Virus record (IMG/VR): IMGVR_UViG_3300045988_126024
DNA: 52,990 nt
From: a virus
Direction: 5' to 3' (one strand)
Numbering within the stretch: the stretch's first letter is position 1; every line of letters starts with the position of its first letter. The notes under the pieces are model-generated. The model was not told the DNA's origin. It searched no databases and worked only from the letters and a program-made list of their open reading frames with translations. This document shows, in pieces, positions 22,610-31,571 of this stretch. The position numbers and the translations under genes are program-made.

Positions 22610-24961
22610 TTACCACTCAAAGACAGCACGCAAAACAACATCGTTTCGCTCGTCTTTATCGTTGTTGAAACTTCCCTTGATACAATTATCGTGAATATAA
22701 ATACTCTTGATAATACGGCGTTCCGTGTCAACATCATTAACATTACTGCCCATATATCTCGGAATATCACAATAGAACGCTTTGCCGCCCCAATTTCCGC
22801 CTGTTGGGTTTTTCTTTGGTATCATTGTAGTAACAAAGTCGCTGTCGTTTGCTTTCTTTGTGTCTTTGTCGTAATCACTCCAAAGCAAAAGCCAACCATT
22901 GCGGCACTCGGACAACTTCTTTGACGGTGTGACCGTCTGCGGTGTGCTGTTAGGGCTTGACATATACGCTGCTCCAGTCCAAAGCGGTGCAGGTGACGCT
23001 TCAAATATAGCTTTCCAATCTCGCCAAGTACCATTATCAACATAGCCTGTGTAAACACTACCTCTACCGCCAAACGCCATTACCCAACCGTACTTTGCTG
23101 AACCTGTCTTATGTACCATAAAACGGAACGACTCAATACTGTTCGGGTTATTTGTTGTGCCGATTGAAGCATAAGCAGTTGTCATTCCTGAACCAAGAGC
23201 CTTAATTTTTGCAACAACATCTTGATTAGTCCAACTAACCTCTACATCACCGTCGTCCGCTGTCATTTGCAACGATTTAGCAATATAAGCGGAATTATGA
23301 TTGTGACTTGTGCTTGCCTTACCTGCAAGGGCTGTATTGATAACCTTATTTTGAACGGGATTAGTGCTTGAAGCGCTCAACGCTGTATCAACGGTTGTTT
23401 TGTTCGCACCTGTGGCAATGCCGTTCAACTTCGTTTTATCCTCTTTGCTCATAAAGCCGTTTGCAGTAGTTGAAGCGGCACCGTGAGTATGTCCCGTGTT
23501 TGCTTTGCCACTTAATGCTGTTGCAAGCCCTGTCACATCACTTTGAGCGTGTGTATGTGCTGTCGGTGTCATAGTCGTAGGCTTATTCGACAAATCGTTA
23601 TAACTGCCCGTTGTGGCTACATCTGCAAGCCCAGTAATCATACTTGCGGGGTGTGAAGTCGGGTGAGTGTATTTATTTGCACCCGCCGCAATTCCTGCAA
23701 GTTTAGTCTTTTCATCAGTTGTATAATCGTTTGTCGAAAGCCCTTTGCCTGTGACCTTATCCACCTTGTTACCCAAAGCAGAGTTTACAGCTTTGTTTTG
23801 AACGGGATTTGTACTTGTACTTGACATTGCCGTGTCAACTACTGTTTTGTTTGCCCCTGCCGCAATTCCACTTAACTTTGTTCTTTCATCAGCCGTCATA
23901 ATCTTTTTGGCGGTCGTTTCAGAAACATCATCAAGAGAATGTGTGTGACTTGCAGCAGCCTTTCCACTCAAAGCCGTGTCAAGACCTGTAATATCGCCCG
24001 TTTCGTGAGTGTGAGAAGCATTAGCCTTATTGCCTAACGCCGTTGCCAGTCCTGTAATATCGCTCTGTGCGTGGGAGTGAGTGCTGTTTGCTTTGCCTGC
24101 TACTTCCGTTTCAAGTGCTTCAACATCATCATTTGTTGCGTACTGTGAGTGCGTATGTGCTGCGTCGGCTTTACCTGCAAGCTGTGTAGCGGTCGCAAAG
24201 TATGTAGTGTCGTGACCGTCAAGCATATCTGCGTCAAGTCCGCTATTTTGTCCGTCAACGGTTTTAAGTTTTGTAAGCACTTCGGCAGCGGTGATATTTG
24301 CGCCGCTTGCGCCTGTGTCGCCCTTATCGCCTTTAAGACTTGCAAGCCATTCCGCCTGTGTGCCAACAAAGCCATTATCAAGGGCAATTTGGTATGCGCT
24401 TTTACCGTCCTGACCGTTAGCGCCTGTAGCGCCCGTGTCACCTTTCACGCCCTGAATGCCCTGCTGTCCTTGTTCGCCTTGCTCGCCTTTATCGCCCTTA
24501 TCACCTTTTACGCCCTGTTCGCCAGTTTCGCCCTTGTCTCCCTTGTCGCCTTTTTCACCTTTCAAGGCTGCAAGTTGAGCGGCTGTAAAATCGTCATAAG
24601 TGAATGGGTCGCCTTTGTCGCCCTTTGCGCCCGCTGCGCCTGCTTCACCTTTGATATTGACGCTTGCGGGGTTTGCAAGTCCCTTGTCGTTGTTCCAAGA
24701 CAAAGTACCGTCACTTGATACACTCGGCGTAAATGTTGCGCCGTCCTCGCCGTCTGCTCCTGCCGTTCCGTTATCCCAAGTCGCTACTTTTTCTGCTGTG
24801 ATACCGTCAAGCACGGCTTTATTGCTGTGGGTGTGCAAATCGCTTGCATTTGCCTTTTCAGCAATAGTGCTGTCCATACTGTCCAACTTTGTTGTTAGCG
24901 GCTCGCCTGTACCTTTATAATCAACCTCGTCAGATGTACAACTGAAACTCCAATCAGGCAT
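22610..24961 (-). CDS. Tail fibre with collagen-like Gly-X-Y tract and repeated HxH segments
   Basis: ATG 24961 lies 7 nt after AAGGGGG. Contains [52 protein letters not shown] and several (A/S)xHTH/SHSH...DITGL repeats. Confidence 0.8.
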   Translation of the reverse strand: MPDWSFSCTSDEVDYKGTGEPLTTKLDSMDSTIAEKANASDLHTHSNKAVLDGITAEKVATWDNGTAGADGEDGATFTPSVSSDGTLSWNNDKGLANPASVNIKGEAGAAGAKGDKGDPFTYDDFTAAQLAALKGEKGDKGDKGETGEQGVKGDKGDKGEQGEQGQQGIQGVKGDTGATGANGQDGKSAYQIALDNGFVGTQAEWLASLKGDKGDTGASGANITAAEVLTKLKTVDGQNSGLDADMLDGHDTTYFATATQLAGKADAAHTHSQYATNDDVEALETEVAGKANSTHSHAQSDITGLATALGNKANASHTHETGDITGLDTALSGKAAASHTHSLDDVSETTAKKIMTADERTKLSGIAAGANKTVVDTAMSSTSTNPVQNKAVNSALGNKVDKVTGKGLSTNDYTTDEKTKLAGIAAGANKYTHPTSHPASMITGLADVATTGSYNDLSNKPTTMTPTAHTHAQSDVTGLATALSGKANTGHTHGAASTTANGFMSKEDKTKLNGIATGANKTTVDTALSASSTNPVQNKVINTALAGKASTSHNHNSAYIAKSLQMTADDGDVEVSWTNQDVVAKIKALGSGMTTAYASIGTTNNPNSIESFRFMVHKTGSAKYGWVMAFGGRGSVYTGYVDNGTWRDWKAIFEASPAPLWTGAAYMSSPNSTPQTVTPSKKLSECRNGWLLLWSDYDKDTKKANDSDFVTTMIPKKNPTGGNWGGKAFYCDIPRYMGSNVNDVDTERRIIKSIYIHDNCIKGSFNNDKDERNDVVLRAVFEW

Positions 24962-25025
24962 TTCTATTCCCCCTTTCGTTAGGTGGATTTTGTTTTTCAT
25001 TGTAAGACTGTTTTACTTTTTTCAT
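24954..25025 (-). CDS. 23-codon upstream ORF overlapping the fibre start
   Basis: GGAGG lies 8 nt before ATG 25025. Translation [23 protein letters not shown]. The stop overlaps the fibre ATG region. Confidence 0.25.
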   Translation of the reverse strand: MKKVKQSYNEKQNPPNERGNRNA

Positions 25026-25057
25026 AGTAAAAACCTCCAAAAAATATATACAAAAAA

Positions 25058-25075
25058 CACGCCGCAAAGGGCGTG
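25058..25075 (-). terminator. Intrinsic terminator between the two fibre genes
   Basis: Minus-sense CACGCC-CTTTGC-GGCGTG followed by T6. Confidence 0.65.
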
Positions 25076-25091
25076 CTTAATGTTCTATATG

Positions 25092-26720
25092 TCAGCGGTA
25101 CAAAATCTGAATGTGCGTGCTGTCAATCCGTTTCATCACTCTGTAACCTGTATCAGACTTTGTTGCTTTGCCACCGTCAGCAGCCTTGCAATATCCGTTG
25201 ACTTCGCAAGTGCCGTCGTCAACAACAACTAACTTGCCCATAAGACCAACGCAAGCCCATTCTTTTCTGAATTCTCGGCTTGTGTATTCCTCGTCAGGGT
25301 CATAGTCAGGGTTTACAACATATCTTGTAATGGTGTGAGCTGAAACAACCTCGCCTGTTTCTTCGTCCGTGCTTTCAGGCACTTCTACGGTTTCTGTGAG
25401 CGGTTGACCGAACACATCTTTTTTATACATTCCGTGCCAGTTCTCGGACTGAACATCACCAACAACAGACGGATTTGCAGAAATCACGCCGACTATATAA
25501 TCATCAGCAGCGGTAGCAAGTCTAATCTTATCACCGTCTAAAGTAACAAACAGTCCTCGTCTGTCCTCGGCTTTTTTGTTTCCGTCACGCCACTCAAAAA
25601 ATTCGGCGTAATCCGCCCCGCTTGAACCGAACGATTGAGCGCCCATACATTTTCCTGCGGCTGTAACTCTAAATGCGTTTGCTTGTGTAGTAGCTGTTCC
25701 ACAACCGATAATAAAAATTGAATTGTCTGCTGACTGGTCATTCTCATTAGTGCAGCCAGATTTTGCTATGTTGTATTTTCCTGTAACAAACTGATAATCG
25801 TTTGCTGTTGTGCTTACTCCGCTTGCGTGTGAATTCGCACCGATTGCGTTCGTAAAAATCCCCTCTGCGTGGGAATTATTTCCGCTTGCTTCCGTACTCT
25901 CTCCCTCTGCGTGGGAATTATTTCCGCTTGCTTTCGTACTATTCCCCTCTGCGTGTGAACTCTCACCGCTTGCAGTCGCATTCTGTCCCTCTGCGTGGGC
26001 AGCGAAACTGCTTGCAGTCGTAGTCACCCCCTCTGCGTGAGCAGCCGCACCAGTTGCGTTCGCAATCAATCCCTCTGCGTGTGAACTCTCACCGCTTGCA
26101 GTTGTGCCATTTCCCTCTGCGTGGGAATTATTTCCGCTTGCTTTCGTACTTCTTCCCTCTGCGTGAGAATAGTTACCGCTTGCTGTTGTATAAGACCCCT
26201 CGGTGTGGGACGCATAACCTTTTGCTTCTGTTCCTTCTCCCTCTGCGTGGGAAGCATAGCCAACTGCTGTTGTTTTTGTTCCCTCTGCGTGGGAAAATTC
26301 ACCGCTTGCAACATTACCCTGATTAACAGTTCCGTCTGTCGCAAATGTTCTTTCTTTATAATCGTTGAAAATTTCTGCTCCTGGACCTGCTTGAACGCTT
26401 TTTCCGCTTTCAGGATAGACTGTTTGCATGTGTAACGATTTGCCTGTTTTCTTTTCGTACTCTGCGTGTAAATGAGATATAGAAGCCTTTCCACTCAAAG
26501 CGGCTTCAAGACCTGTAATGTTATTCATTCCGTGAGTATGGTAAGTATCAGCCTTTCCTTTTTGCAGTTCGTCAATGCAGATACCGTATTTATTGAACAT
26601 ATAGTTGAAAACGGGTGCGGGCGGCTTATAGCCTGCTTGAAATCCGTTTGTTTTAAGCGTTTCACTCGGCGCAACGCCAACATTGCTCCATGACGGCGGC
26701 GCTGTAAATGTTGTTGCCAT
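25092..26720 (-). CDS. Tail fibre/spike with 14-aa SHAEG repeats and a C-terminal peptidase-G2-like autoproteolytic (intramolecular chaperone) domain
   Basis: About 11 repeats of (G/N)xSHAEGxxTxASG. C-terminal SGADYAEFFEWRDGNKKAEDRRGLFVTLDGDKI. Confidence 0.65.
   Translation of the reverse strand: MATTFTAPPSWSNVGVAPSETLKTNGFQAGYKPPAPVFNYMFNKYGICIDELQKGKADTYHTHGMNNITGLEAALSGKASISHLHAEYEKKTGKSLHMQTVYPESGKSVQAGPGAEIFNDYKERTFATDGTVNQGNVASGEFSHAEGTKTTAVGYASHAEGEGTEAKGYASHTEGSYTTASGNYSHAEGRSTKASGNNSHAEGNGTTASGESSHAEGLIANATGAAAHAEGVTTTASSFAAHAEGQNATASGESSHAEGNSTKASGNNSHAEGESTEASGNNSHAEGIFTNAIGANSHASGVSTTANDYQFVTGKYNIAKSGCTNENDQSADNSIFIIGCGTATTQANAFRVTAAGKCMGAQSFGSSGADYAEFFEWRDGNKKAEDRRGLFVTLDGDKIRLATAADDYIVGVISANPSVVGDVQSENWHGMYKKDVFGQPLTETVEVPESTDEETGEVVSAHTITRYVVNPDYDPDEEYTSREFRKEWACVGLMGKLVVVDDGTCEVNGYCKAADGGKATKSDTGYRVMKRIDSTHIQILYR
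25861..26322. repeat. 11 tandem 42-bp in-frame repeats (plus a degenerate unit at 25819)
   Basis: CCCTCTGCGTG recurs at 25861, 25903, 25945, 25987, 26029, 26071, 26113, 26155, 26197 (variant), 26239 and 26281, an exact 42-nt period. Confidence 0.9.
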
Positions 26721-26734
26721 ATTATTTTAACCTC

Positions 26735-27361
26735 CTAAATCGGTAAAACTGTTTCGTTTTCTTCGCTGCTCAAAGCACCAAAATATCCGCCTATTGTGCC
26801 ACCCTCAACATCACAAAATCCCGCTGTTTCGTTCTGTTCGTTCTCTGCTGCCGAAAATTCAAAAGTGCCCTCATAAATTGTGTTAGCGGAAAGAACAACG
26901 CCTACTGGAAGAATGGATTTTACAAGTTGATTGAATTGCTTTACAGTAAGTTCTGCTTCAATGATTGAACCCAGCGGAACGGTAATTAACACCTCGCACG
27001 GATTGTCTGTGTCCGTGATATGTACTTGCGATTGCTTGCAATTAAGGATTGCGCATAAAGCGTCCACAACGCCCTTATTTGAGCCATTTGCAAGGTTACG
27101 CATAATTCTTGTCTTAATCAGTAAAATATACTGCTCGTCAGTTGCAAGTCCTCTGCTTTGCCCTACAAGTTTGCCGTAAAGGTCAAGCGTCGCACCTCTC
27201 GCATTATTCAAGTTCAAAGAGTTTTCAATACTAATCAAACATTCCCTAAATGCGTCAACATTCTTTTTTGACAATTCAAGCAGCTTATAGTTGTTGCTTC
27301 CTTTATCCTTTTTATAGCAGTCGGGTAAATTGTCAATTAGGGTTTCTTGAAACAACTTCAT
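26735..27361 (-). CDS. Baseplate wedge/tail protein (XkdU / P2 gpI-like position)
   Basis: Synteny after the baseplate J-like gene. N-terminus LIDNLPDCYKKDKGSNNYKLLEL. Confidence 0.45.
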   Translation of the reverse strand: MKLFQETLIDNLPDCYKKDKGSNNYKLLELSKKNVDAFRECLISIENSLNLNNARGATLDLYGKLVGQSRGLATDEQYILLIKTRIMRNLANGSNKGVVDALCAILNCKQSQVHITDTDNPCEVLITVPLGSIIEAELTVKQFNQLVKSILPVGVVLSANTIYEGTFEFSAAENEQNETAGFCDVEGGTIGGYFGALSSEENETVLPI

Positions 27362-27362
27362 A

Positions 27363-28511
27363 TCAATTCACCTCAACATTGACCGCCGCACATACAGCAC
27401 ATTGATACTGTCCTACTGTAATATCACTTGTGCCAAAATTCGTACCGTCAGTTGATAATTGCAGCAGCGTTACTTTTTGAACGCCTGCGACGGAATAAAT
27501 GTAACTGTAAAGTGCTGAATAAATAACGCTGTTACCAACGCCCAAACCGTTGATATATCCAGCAATATTTTCTTTGATTTTTTCAACGCCAGTGCTTTCA
27601 AATTCTGCCGTTGTGTCAATTTTGATTTTTACGGTTACATTTATATTTTCTGTTCTTGCAAATTTGATTGTGTGCGTATATCCGCCCTCGTCCGTTATTT
27701 CCTGCGAAATTGAACCGTAGGTTTTAATGCCAATCGGCTTTTTGTCAAAAATCGTTTCGGCAATTTGCTGTTCATATCCTACACCGCCAGTTACATAGGC
27801 GGTAAAACTGTGTGGAGGTCTGCCGCCGCTGTCCGTTGTGTCGCCGTCATTAACAATCAACTTTGCGCTTGTTACAGTCGGCACACGAATTAACGCACTT
27901 TCAATAGCCGTTTGATTACAACTTCCAAGTCCTTGACCTGCTTGTACAAACCGCTGTCTTAACTCGTAGTCGCTTTCTTCATCTTCGCCAACGGTAACAA
28001 CGCTCTTTCCTACAATACTATCAATATCCGCTTCGGGGTTTACAATCTCTGTAATGTCGCTGTAATTCACATTGCCTATTGTGCCGTTCTCTGTGCACTC
28101 AACGGTGATAACGCAAGTTCCGTCCTCGCCAATTACAGTATCAAGCGTGTTGTAAAACTCAACCTCTGCGTCAGTAGCAACCAAAAAGCCATAAGGTACG
28201 GTATATCCAGCCGTGCCCGTTACTGTGACTTCATACTGTGACGGCGTTGCTGGGTTTCTTGCGATACCTACAAACGGGCAAAGCCTGTCAAGACTTGTGC
28301 CGCTCGCCGTATTCGGAAATCGTGCGTAATATATTGCTTCCGCTTCTTCCTCCGCTTGTGCTCGGTCGTATGCGATAATTCTTAAAAACTTACCAAGCGG
28401 CGTTTGCTCGTTCGTTTCAATATCCTCACCGAACAACTCCTGCGCTTTAAGAATAAGATTGTCAAGAATATCATCATAAGTAGGGCGCTCGTACCCCTGT
28501 GTTGTCAGCAT
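27363..28511 (-). CDS. Baseplate J-like protein
   Basis: 382 aa. Position and N-terminus (TTQGYERPTYDDILDNLILKAQELFGEDIE) are typical of the gpJ/XkdT family. Confidence 0.6.
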   Translation of the reverse strand: MLTTQGYERPTYDDILDNLILKAQELFGEDIETNEQTPLGKFLRIIAYDRAQAEEEAEAIYYARFPNTASGTSLDRLCPFVGIARNPATPSQYEVTVTGTAGYTVPYGFLVATDAEVEFYNTLDTVIGEDGTCVITVECTENGTIGNVNYSDITEIVNPEADIDSIVGKSVVTVGEDEESDYELRQRFVQAGQGLGSCNQTAIESALIRVPTVTSAKLIVNDGDTTDSGGRPPHSFTAYVTGGVGYEQQIAETIFDKKPIGIKTYGSISQEITDEGGYTHTIKFARTENINVTVKIKIDTTAEFESTGVEKIKENIAGYINGLGVGNSVIYSALYSYIYSVAGVQKVTLLQLSTDGTNFGTSDITVGQYQCAVCAAVNVEVN

Positions 28512-28523
28512 TCAATCACTCCT

Positions 28524-28892
28524 TTAATCCCATTCCGCTTCGACTTCTATTTCTGTGTCGCTATCCTCGCTCATACAAGAAAAGCTAACGGTCAGCATTC
28601 TGCCGTCAATGCTCATATCAAAGTCGGTAATATTCAAGGTCTCGTCTACTTGTCGCAGCCCGTCCTCAATTTCTGCAATTATCATTTCTTCGGTTACACC
28701 TTTACCGAGAATGTTTGAAAAGTCTATGCCCTCGTCCCAGTCGGTGAACCATTCGCCTTTGTTCGTTTCAATGATTGACTGTGCCGTTTGTCTTAACAAT
28801 TTCTCGCCGTCAACCATTTGTATTTCATTATTTTCAATCAACACATCACCGTCTTTTAACGCAAATCCTTTGATAAAATCGCCCCCTATAAT
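28524..28892 (-). CDS. Baseplate protein (XkdS/DUF2634-like); start codon unclear
   Basis: Contains FALKDGDVLIENNEIQMVDGEKLLRQTAQSIIETNKGEWFTDWDEG. No ATG/GTG/TTG lies near the expected N-terminus; only ATT 28892 or ATA 28889 are available. Confidence 0.45.
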   Translation of the reverse strand: MIGGDFIKGFALKDGDVLIENNEIQMVDGEKLLRQTAQSIIETNKGEWFTDWDEGIDFSNILGKGVTEEMIIAEIEDGLRQVDETLNITDFDMSIDGRMLTVSFSCMSEDSDTEIEVEAEWD

Positions 28893-29215
28893 GTGCCTAT
28901 AATAATGCTGTCGCTCATATTGTGGTGACCTGTAGGCGGCAACACATTCCGCCCCTTTTTTGCTTCCGTAATATTTCTCTCGCAACAAATAACAACGGCA
29001 ATATCGCCCTTTTTCATGTCCTTTACCTGTTTGGTGAACGGTACGGCTGTCAATACAGATTGTTTCATTGCCTTTTCGCCTGTTTCTTTCGTCAAGCAAA
29101 GCGGCTGTATTTTCGCCGTGCTGCCGCTAACTGACAATACCTTTGCCAAATATGCGGTATGCAAGGATAGTAGTTTGTTATCTATCAAATCATCAAAATA
29201 CTTTGCATATCCCAT
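28886..29215 (-). CDS. Baseplate spike/plug-like protein (XkdR-like)
   Basis: ATG 29215 follows GGAGGTGG. Translation MGYAKYFDDLIDNKLLSLHTAYLAKVLSV...HHNMSDSIIIGTL. Confidence 0.45.
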   Translation of the reverse strand: MGYAKYFDDLIDNKLLSLHTAYLAKVLSVSGSTAKIQPLCLTKETGEKAMKQSVLTAVPFTKQVKDMKKGDIAVVICCERNITEAKKGRNVLPPTGHHNMSDSIIIGTL

Positions 29216-29234
29216 TGTGCCACCTCCAACAAAA

Positions 29235-29256
29235 AACACACCGTTTAAGGTGTGTT
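29235..29256 (-). terminator. Terminator hairpin overlapping the stop codon of the HNH-like gene
   Basis: Minus-sense AACACACC-TTAAAC-GGTGTGTT followed by T6. Confidence 0.6.
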
Positions 29257-29877
29257 TAATGCTTTTTCTATATTCCAATGTGATTGATTTATTCTTTCAC
29301 AAAGTCGTTTGTACGGTATGTTGTATTCCTTTGCCCATTGTGCAAGTGTTTGAGTTTTTCCCTTGTAAGTTATAAAGTGATTGCGCCTTGTATTATTGTT
29401 TTGCTCTGTTCGTGTCACCCAACGACAATTAGACGGCTCGTAATTTCCATTGCTATCTATTCTGTCAATAGTCAAATCATCTTTATAGCCGTTAGCCATT
29501 GCCCAATCATAAAATGCTTGAAAGTCGTGCAACCATTCATCACATACGGTTATTCCTCTACCGCCATAATTATGATAATTTATTGTTTTTGGATTTGTGC
29601 ACCGTTGCACCATTCCGCTCCACACACCATATATCTTGGTATTAGTTTTGTGATGTTTTATATTTGCTTTTGCTCTTTGCTCTTTACCGAAACAGCCACA
29701 ACTTACAGTTGCCCCTCTTTGCAAATTTGCACTTCTTACCTCGCAAGTATTACCACAATCGCACTTGCATAACCACATAACTATGTGTCTGCCGTTCGGT
29801 TGTACATAGTCTTTTGCTCGTTCGATAACTGTCAATCTTCCAAACCTTTGACCTGTCAAGTCTATAAAAGCGCCCAT
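29245..29877 (-). CDS. Free-standing HNH_3/AP2-like homing endonuclease
   Basis: ATG 29877 lies 6 nt after GGAG. Contains GQRFGRLTVIERA...CKCDCGN...YGGRGITVCDEW...IDRIDSNGNYEPSNCRWVTRTEQNNN. Confidence 0.65.
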   Translation of the reverse strand: MGAFIDLTGQRFGRLTVIERAKDYVQPNGRHIVMWLCKCDCGNTCEVRSANLQRGATVSCGCFGKEQRAKANIKHHKTNTKIYGVWSGMVQRCTNPKTINYHNYGGRGITVCDEWLHDFQAFYDWAMANGYKDDLTIDRIDSNGNYEPSNCRWVTRTEQNNNTRRNHFITYKGKTQTLAQWAKEYNIPYKRLCERINQSHWNIEKALNTP

Positions 29878-30018
29878 AATTAACTCCAAATAAAAACCGC
29901 AAGGTACTTGTATGGTACGAGCATACTTTCCCTCACGGTATTTGACATAATATGAAATTGCTGAAAGTCTCGTACTCTTTCACTTACATATTATACCAAA
30001 ATAGTATTTTTTTGTCAA
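29878..30018 (-). promoter_or_regulatory. Consensus promoter plus structured leader of the HNH-like gene
   Basis: TTGACA (30018-30013), 17 nt, TATAAT (29995-29990). Leader stem GTACGAG/CTCGTAC (29975-29969 / 29921-29915) covaries with the 11.8-kb copy. Confidence 0.6.
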
Positions 30019-30020
30019 TA

Positions 30021-30929
30021 TCAAAACACCTTTATTTCTGTAATTGCTTCGCTTTCGTTAAATCTGTGTTCGCCACTTCTTATACGATATTTTCCGTCTT
30101 TGGCGTTCTTACTTTTCAACTTTACAATTCCACCCGCTGCAAGCCTATGCTGTAATAGGCATTGTATAGTGTAGCCTTTGACCGTTTCTTTGAAGTCCTC
30201 GGCTGTAATTTCTTCTTCATACTCTGTCGGCGTGTTTATCATTCCTGTGCTTTCTTGCACGGTAAAATTCAGATTGTCGCCTACTTTCAAATATCTGGCG
30301 TAAATCTTGCCTTTGCTTACATATACGGAAATGCCGCAAACATCAGCATAGGTTTTAATATTCTCAAACAAATCACCGTCAACCTTTTGTTCGTCCTTAT
30401 ATGTATGGTCACGCCGTATCTTAAACACCGCTATCGGTGTACCTGTTTTTTTCAGCAAGTCTTTTAATATCTTGCTTGCTTTCGTTCCCTTTTTGTAGGT
30501 TATTTCTTTTAAGTTTCTTTTCTTTACTCTATCCAAGCATTTGAGCGTTGTTTTTCTGTCAACGCCCTCGTAAGATGTCGTCCTTTTTGATACATAGCCC
30601 TTGAATATAACGCCTGTATCGCCTTTGAAACCTGCTTCAATGGTGATTGTTGCGTTTTTCTTAAATCGGCTTATCGTTGTGTTAGATAGGTTGTAAATGA
30701 TAACTTCCGCTTCGTTTGCTTCCATATCATCATCAAAAGGCACGGTAAATTCCAAGTCCAACTCACTTGACTTAACAACTGCACCATTGCACCTAATGAC
30801 CGCAACGCTGCCAAATACGCCGTCAGGCATATCAGTATAAAAAGTATCGTTCCAGCCTTTCATAGCCTTAGCCATTTTCGATACATTTTTGTTGCTTTTT
30901 GCATTTACAATTTGCGACTTGGTACTCAT
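30021..30929 (-). CDS. Tail hub / late-control-D-like protein (XkdQ position)
   Basis: ATG 30929 follows GGAAAAGGTGG. 302 aa. Sits between the LysM-tail protein and the baseplate genes. Confidence 0.5.
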   Translation of the reverse strand: MSTKSQIVNAKSNKNVSKMAKAMKGWNDTFYTDMPDGVFGSVAVIRCNGAVVKSSELDLEFTVPFDDDMEANEAEVIIYNLSNTTISRFKKNATITIEAGFKGDTGVIFKGYVSKRTTSYEGVDRKTTLKCLDRVKKRNLKEITYKKGTKASKILKDLLKKTGTPIAVFKIRRDHTYKDEQKVDGDLFENIKTYADVCGISVYVSKGKIYARYLKVGDNLNFTVQESTGMINTPTEYEEEITAEDFKETVKGYTIQCLLQHRLAAGGIVKLKSKNAKDGKYRIRSGEHRFNESEAITEIKVF

Positions 30930-30952
30930 TACAACACCACCTTTTCCAAGCA

Positions 30953-31034
30953 AAGCAAAAAGCACCCTTTTTCAAGAGTGCTTTTCGCCGCTTGCGTTGT
31001 TCGTTATACGGGCGGCGTACTATACGCCCCCTCA
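30953..31034 (-). ncRNA. Candidate short transcript (about 80 nt) or attenuator leader from promoter E
   Basis: The region is bounded by a perfect promoter and a terminator. It contains no ORF and starts with the type-1 stem-loop. Confidence 0.3.
30961..30982 (-). terminator. Strand-specific terminator-like hairpin between promoter E and the hub gene
   Basis: Minus-sense AGCACTC-TTGAAAAA-GGGTGCT followed by TTTTTGCTTTG. One pair is G-U, which becomes a mismatch on the plus strand. Confidence 0.55.
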
Positions 31035-31069
31035 TACATTATTATAGCAGAATAGCTTTAACCTGTCAA
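31005..31069 (-). promoter_or_regulatory. Type-1 promoter / 5' stem-loop cassette, copy E (inside the tail operon)
   Basis: TTGACA (31069-31064), 17 nt, TATAAT (31046-31041). Stem-loop GTATGAGGGGGCG-TATAGTA-CGCCGCCCGTATA (31037-31005). Confidence 0.6.
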
Positions 31070-31081
31070 CATTTGGAAAAA

Positions 31082-31561
31082 CTAATCTACCAACACTTCG
31101 CTATCGTCAATCAGTTTTTCAATTTCTTCTATCTCGTCCTCGTGCATACAGTCGTCAGGATTATCCGTGCTACCGCTGCCGTCAATTTCAAGTCGAGACT
31201 GTTTCACTTCAACCTTAATATCCTCGTCTGTATTATCAATACACAAAAATACGGTTTCATTAAGATTGTCAAAAGTTACTGCGTTGTTCTCGCCGCTTTC
31301 GTCATAAGGCACAATGTCCACTGCGGGATATTTACCATTAACAAAAACATCTGAAAACAAAGCCTTGCCGTATATAATCGGCTCGCCTTTGCAAATCGTT
31401 TCATACTCGCCGCTTTCTTCGTCAAGTTTGGATAAATCCAATGTGAACAACTCTGCGGTTTCGTTAAAGTTCACGCCTATTTTGAATGTTTCATCAGCAA
31501 GAACAATATCGAATTCATACGGTATCAAATCTTTGTCGATTTCGATAATATCCCTTTTCAT
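31082..31561 (-). CDS. Hypothetical tail-module protein with acidic C-terminus
   Basis: Complete 159-aa ORF. Contains IPYEFDIVLADETFKIGVNFNETAELFTLDL. Confidence 0.45.
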   Translation of the reverse strand: MKRDIIEIDKDLIPYEFDIVLADETFKIGVNFNETAELFTLDLSKLDEESGEYETICKGEPIIYGKALFSDVFVNGKYPAVDIVPYDESGENNAVTFDNLNETVFLCIDNTDEDIKVEVKQSRLEIDGSGSTDNPDDCMHEDEIEEIEKLIDDSEVLVD

Positions 31562-31571
31562 TTTTTACCTC

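Noticed and set aside
22597-22770. N-terminal extension of the XhlA-like ORF
   Set aside because: It overlaps the end of fibre 2. AAGGAGG plus GTG at 22596 gives a protein of the typical XhlA size.
24149-24920. Plus-strand ORFs (189 and 106 aa) over the collagen-like tract
   Set aside because: They are antisense to fibre 2, and their repetitive composition comes from the Gly-X-Y codons.
25861-26322. Possible CRISPR array or DGR variable region
   Set aside because: The repeats are contiguous with no spacers, in frame, and encode a 14-aa protein repeat. No reverse transcriptase or template repeat is present in the genome.
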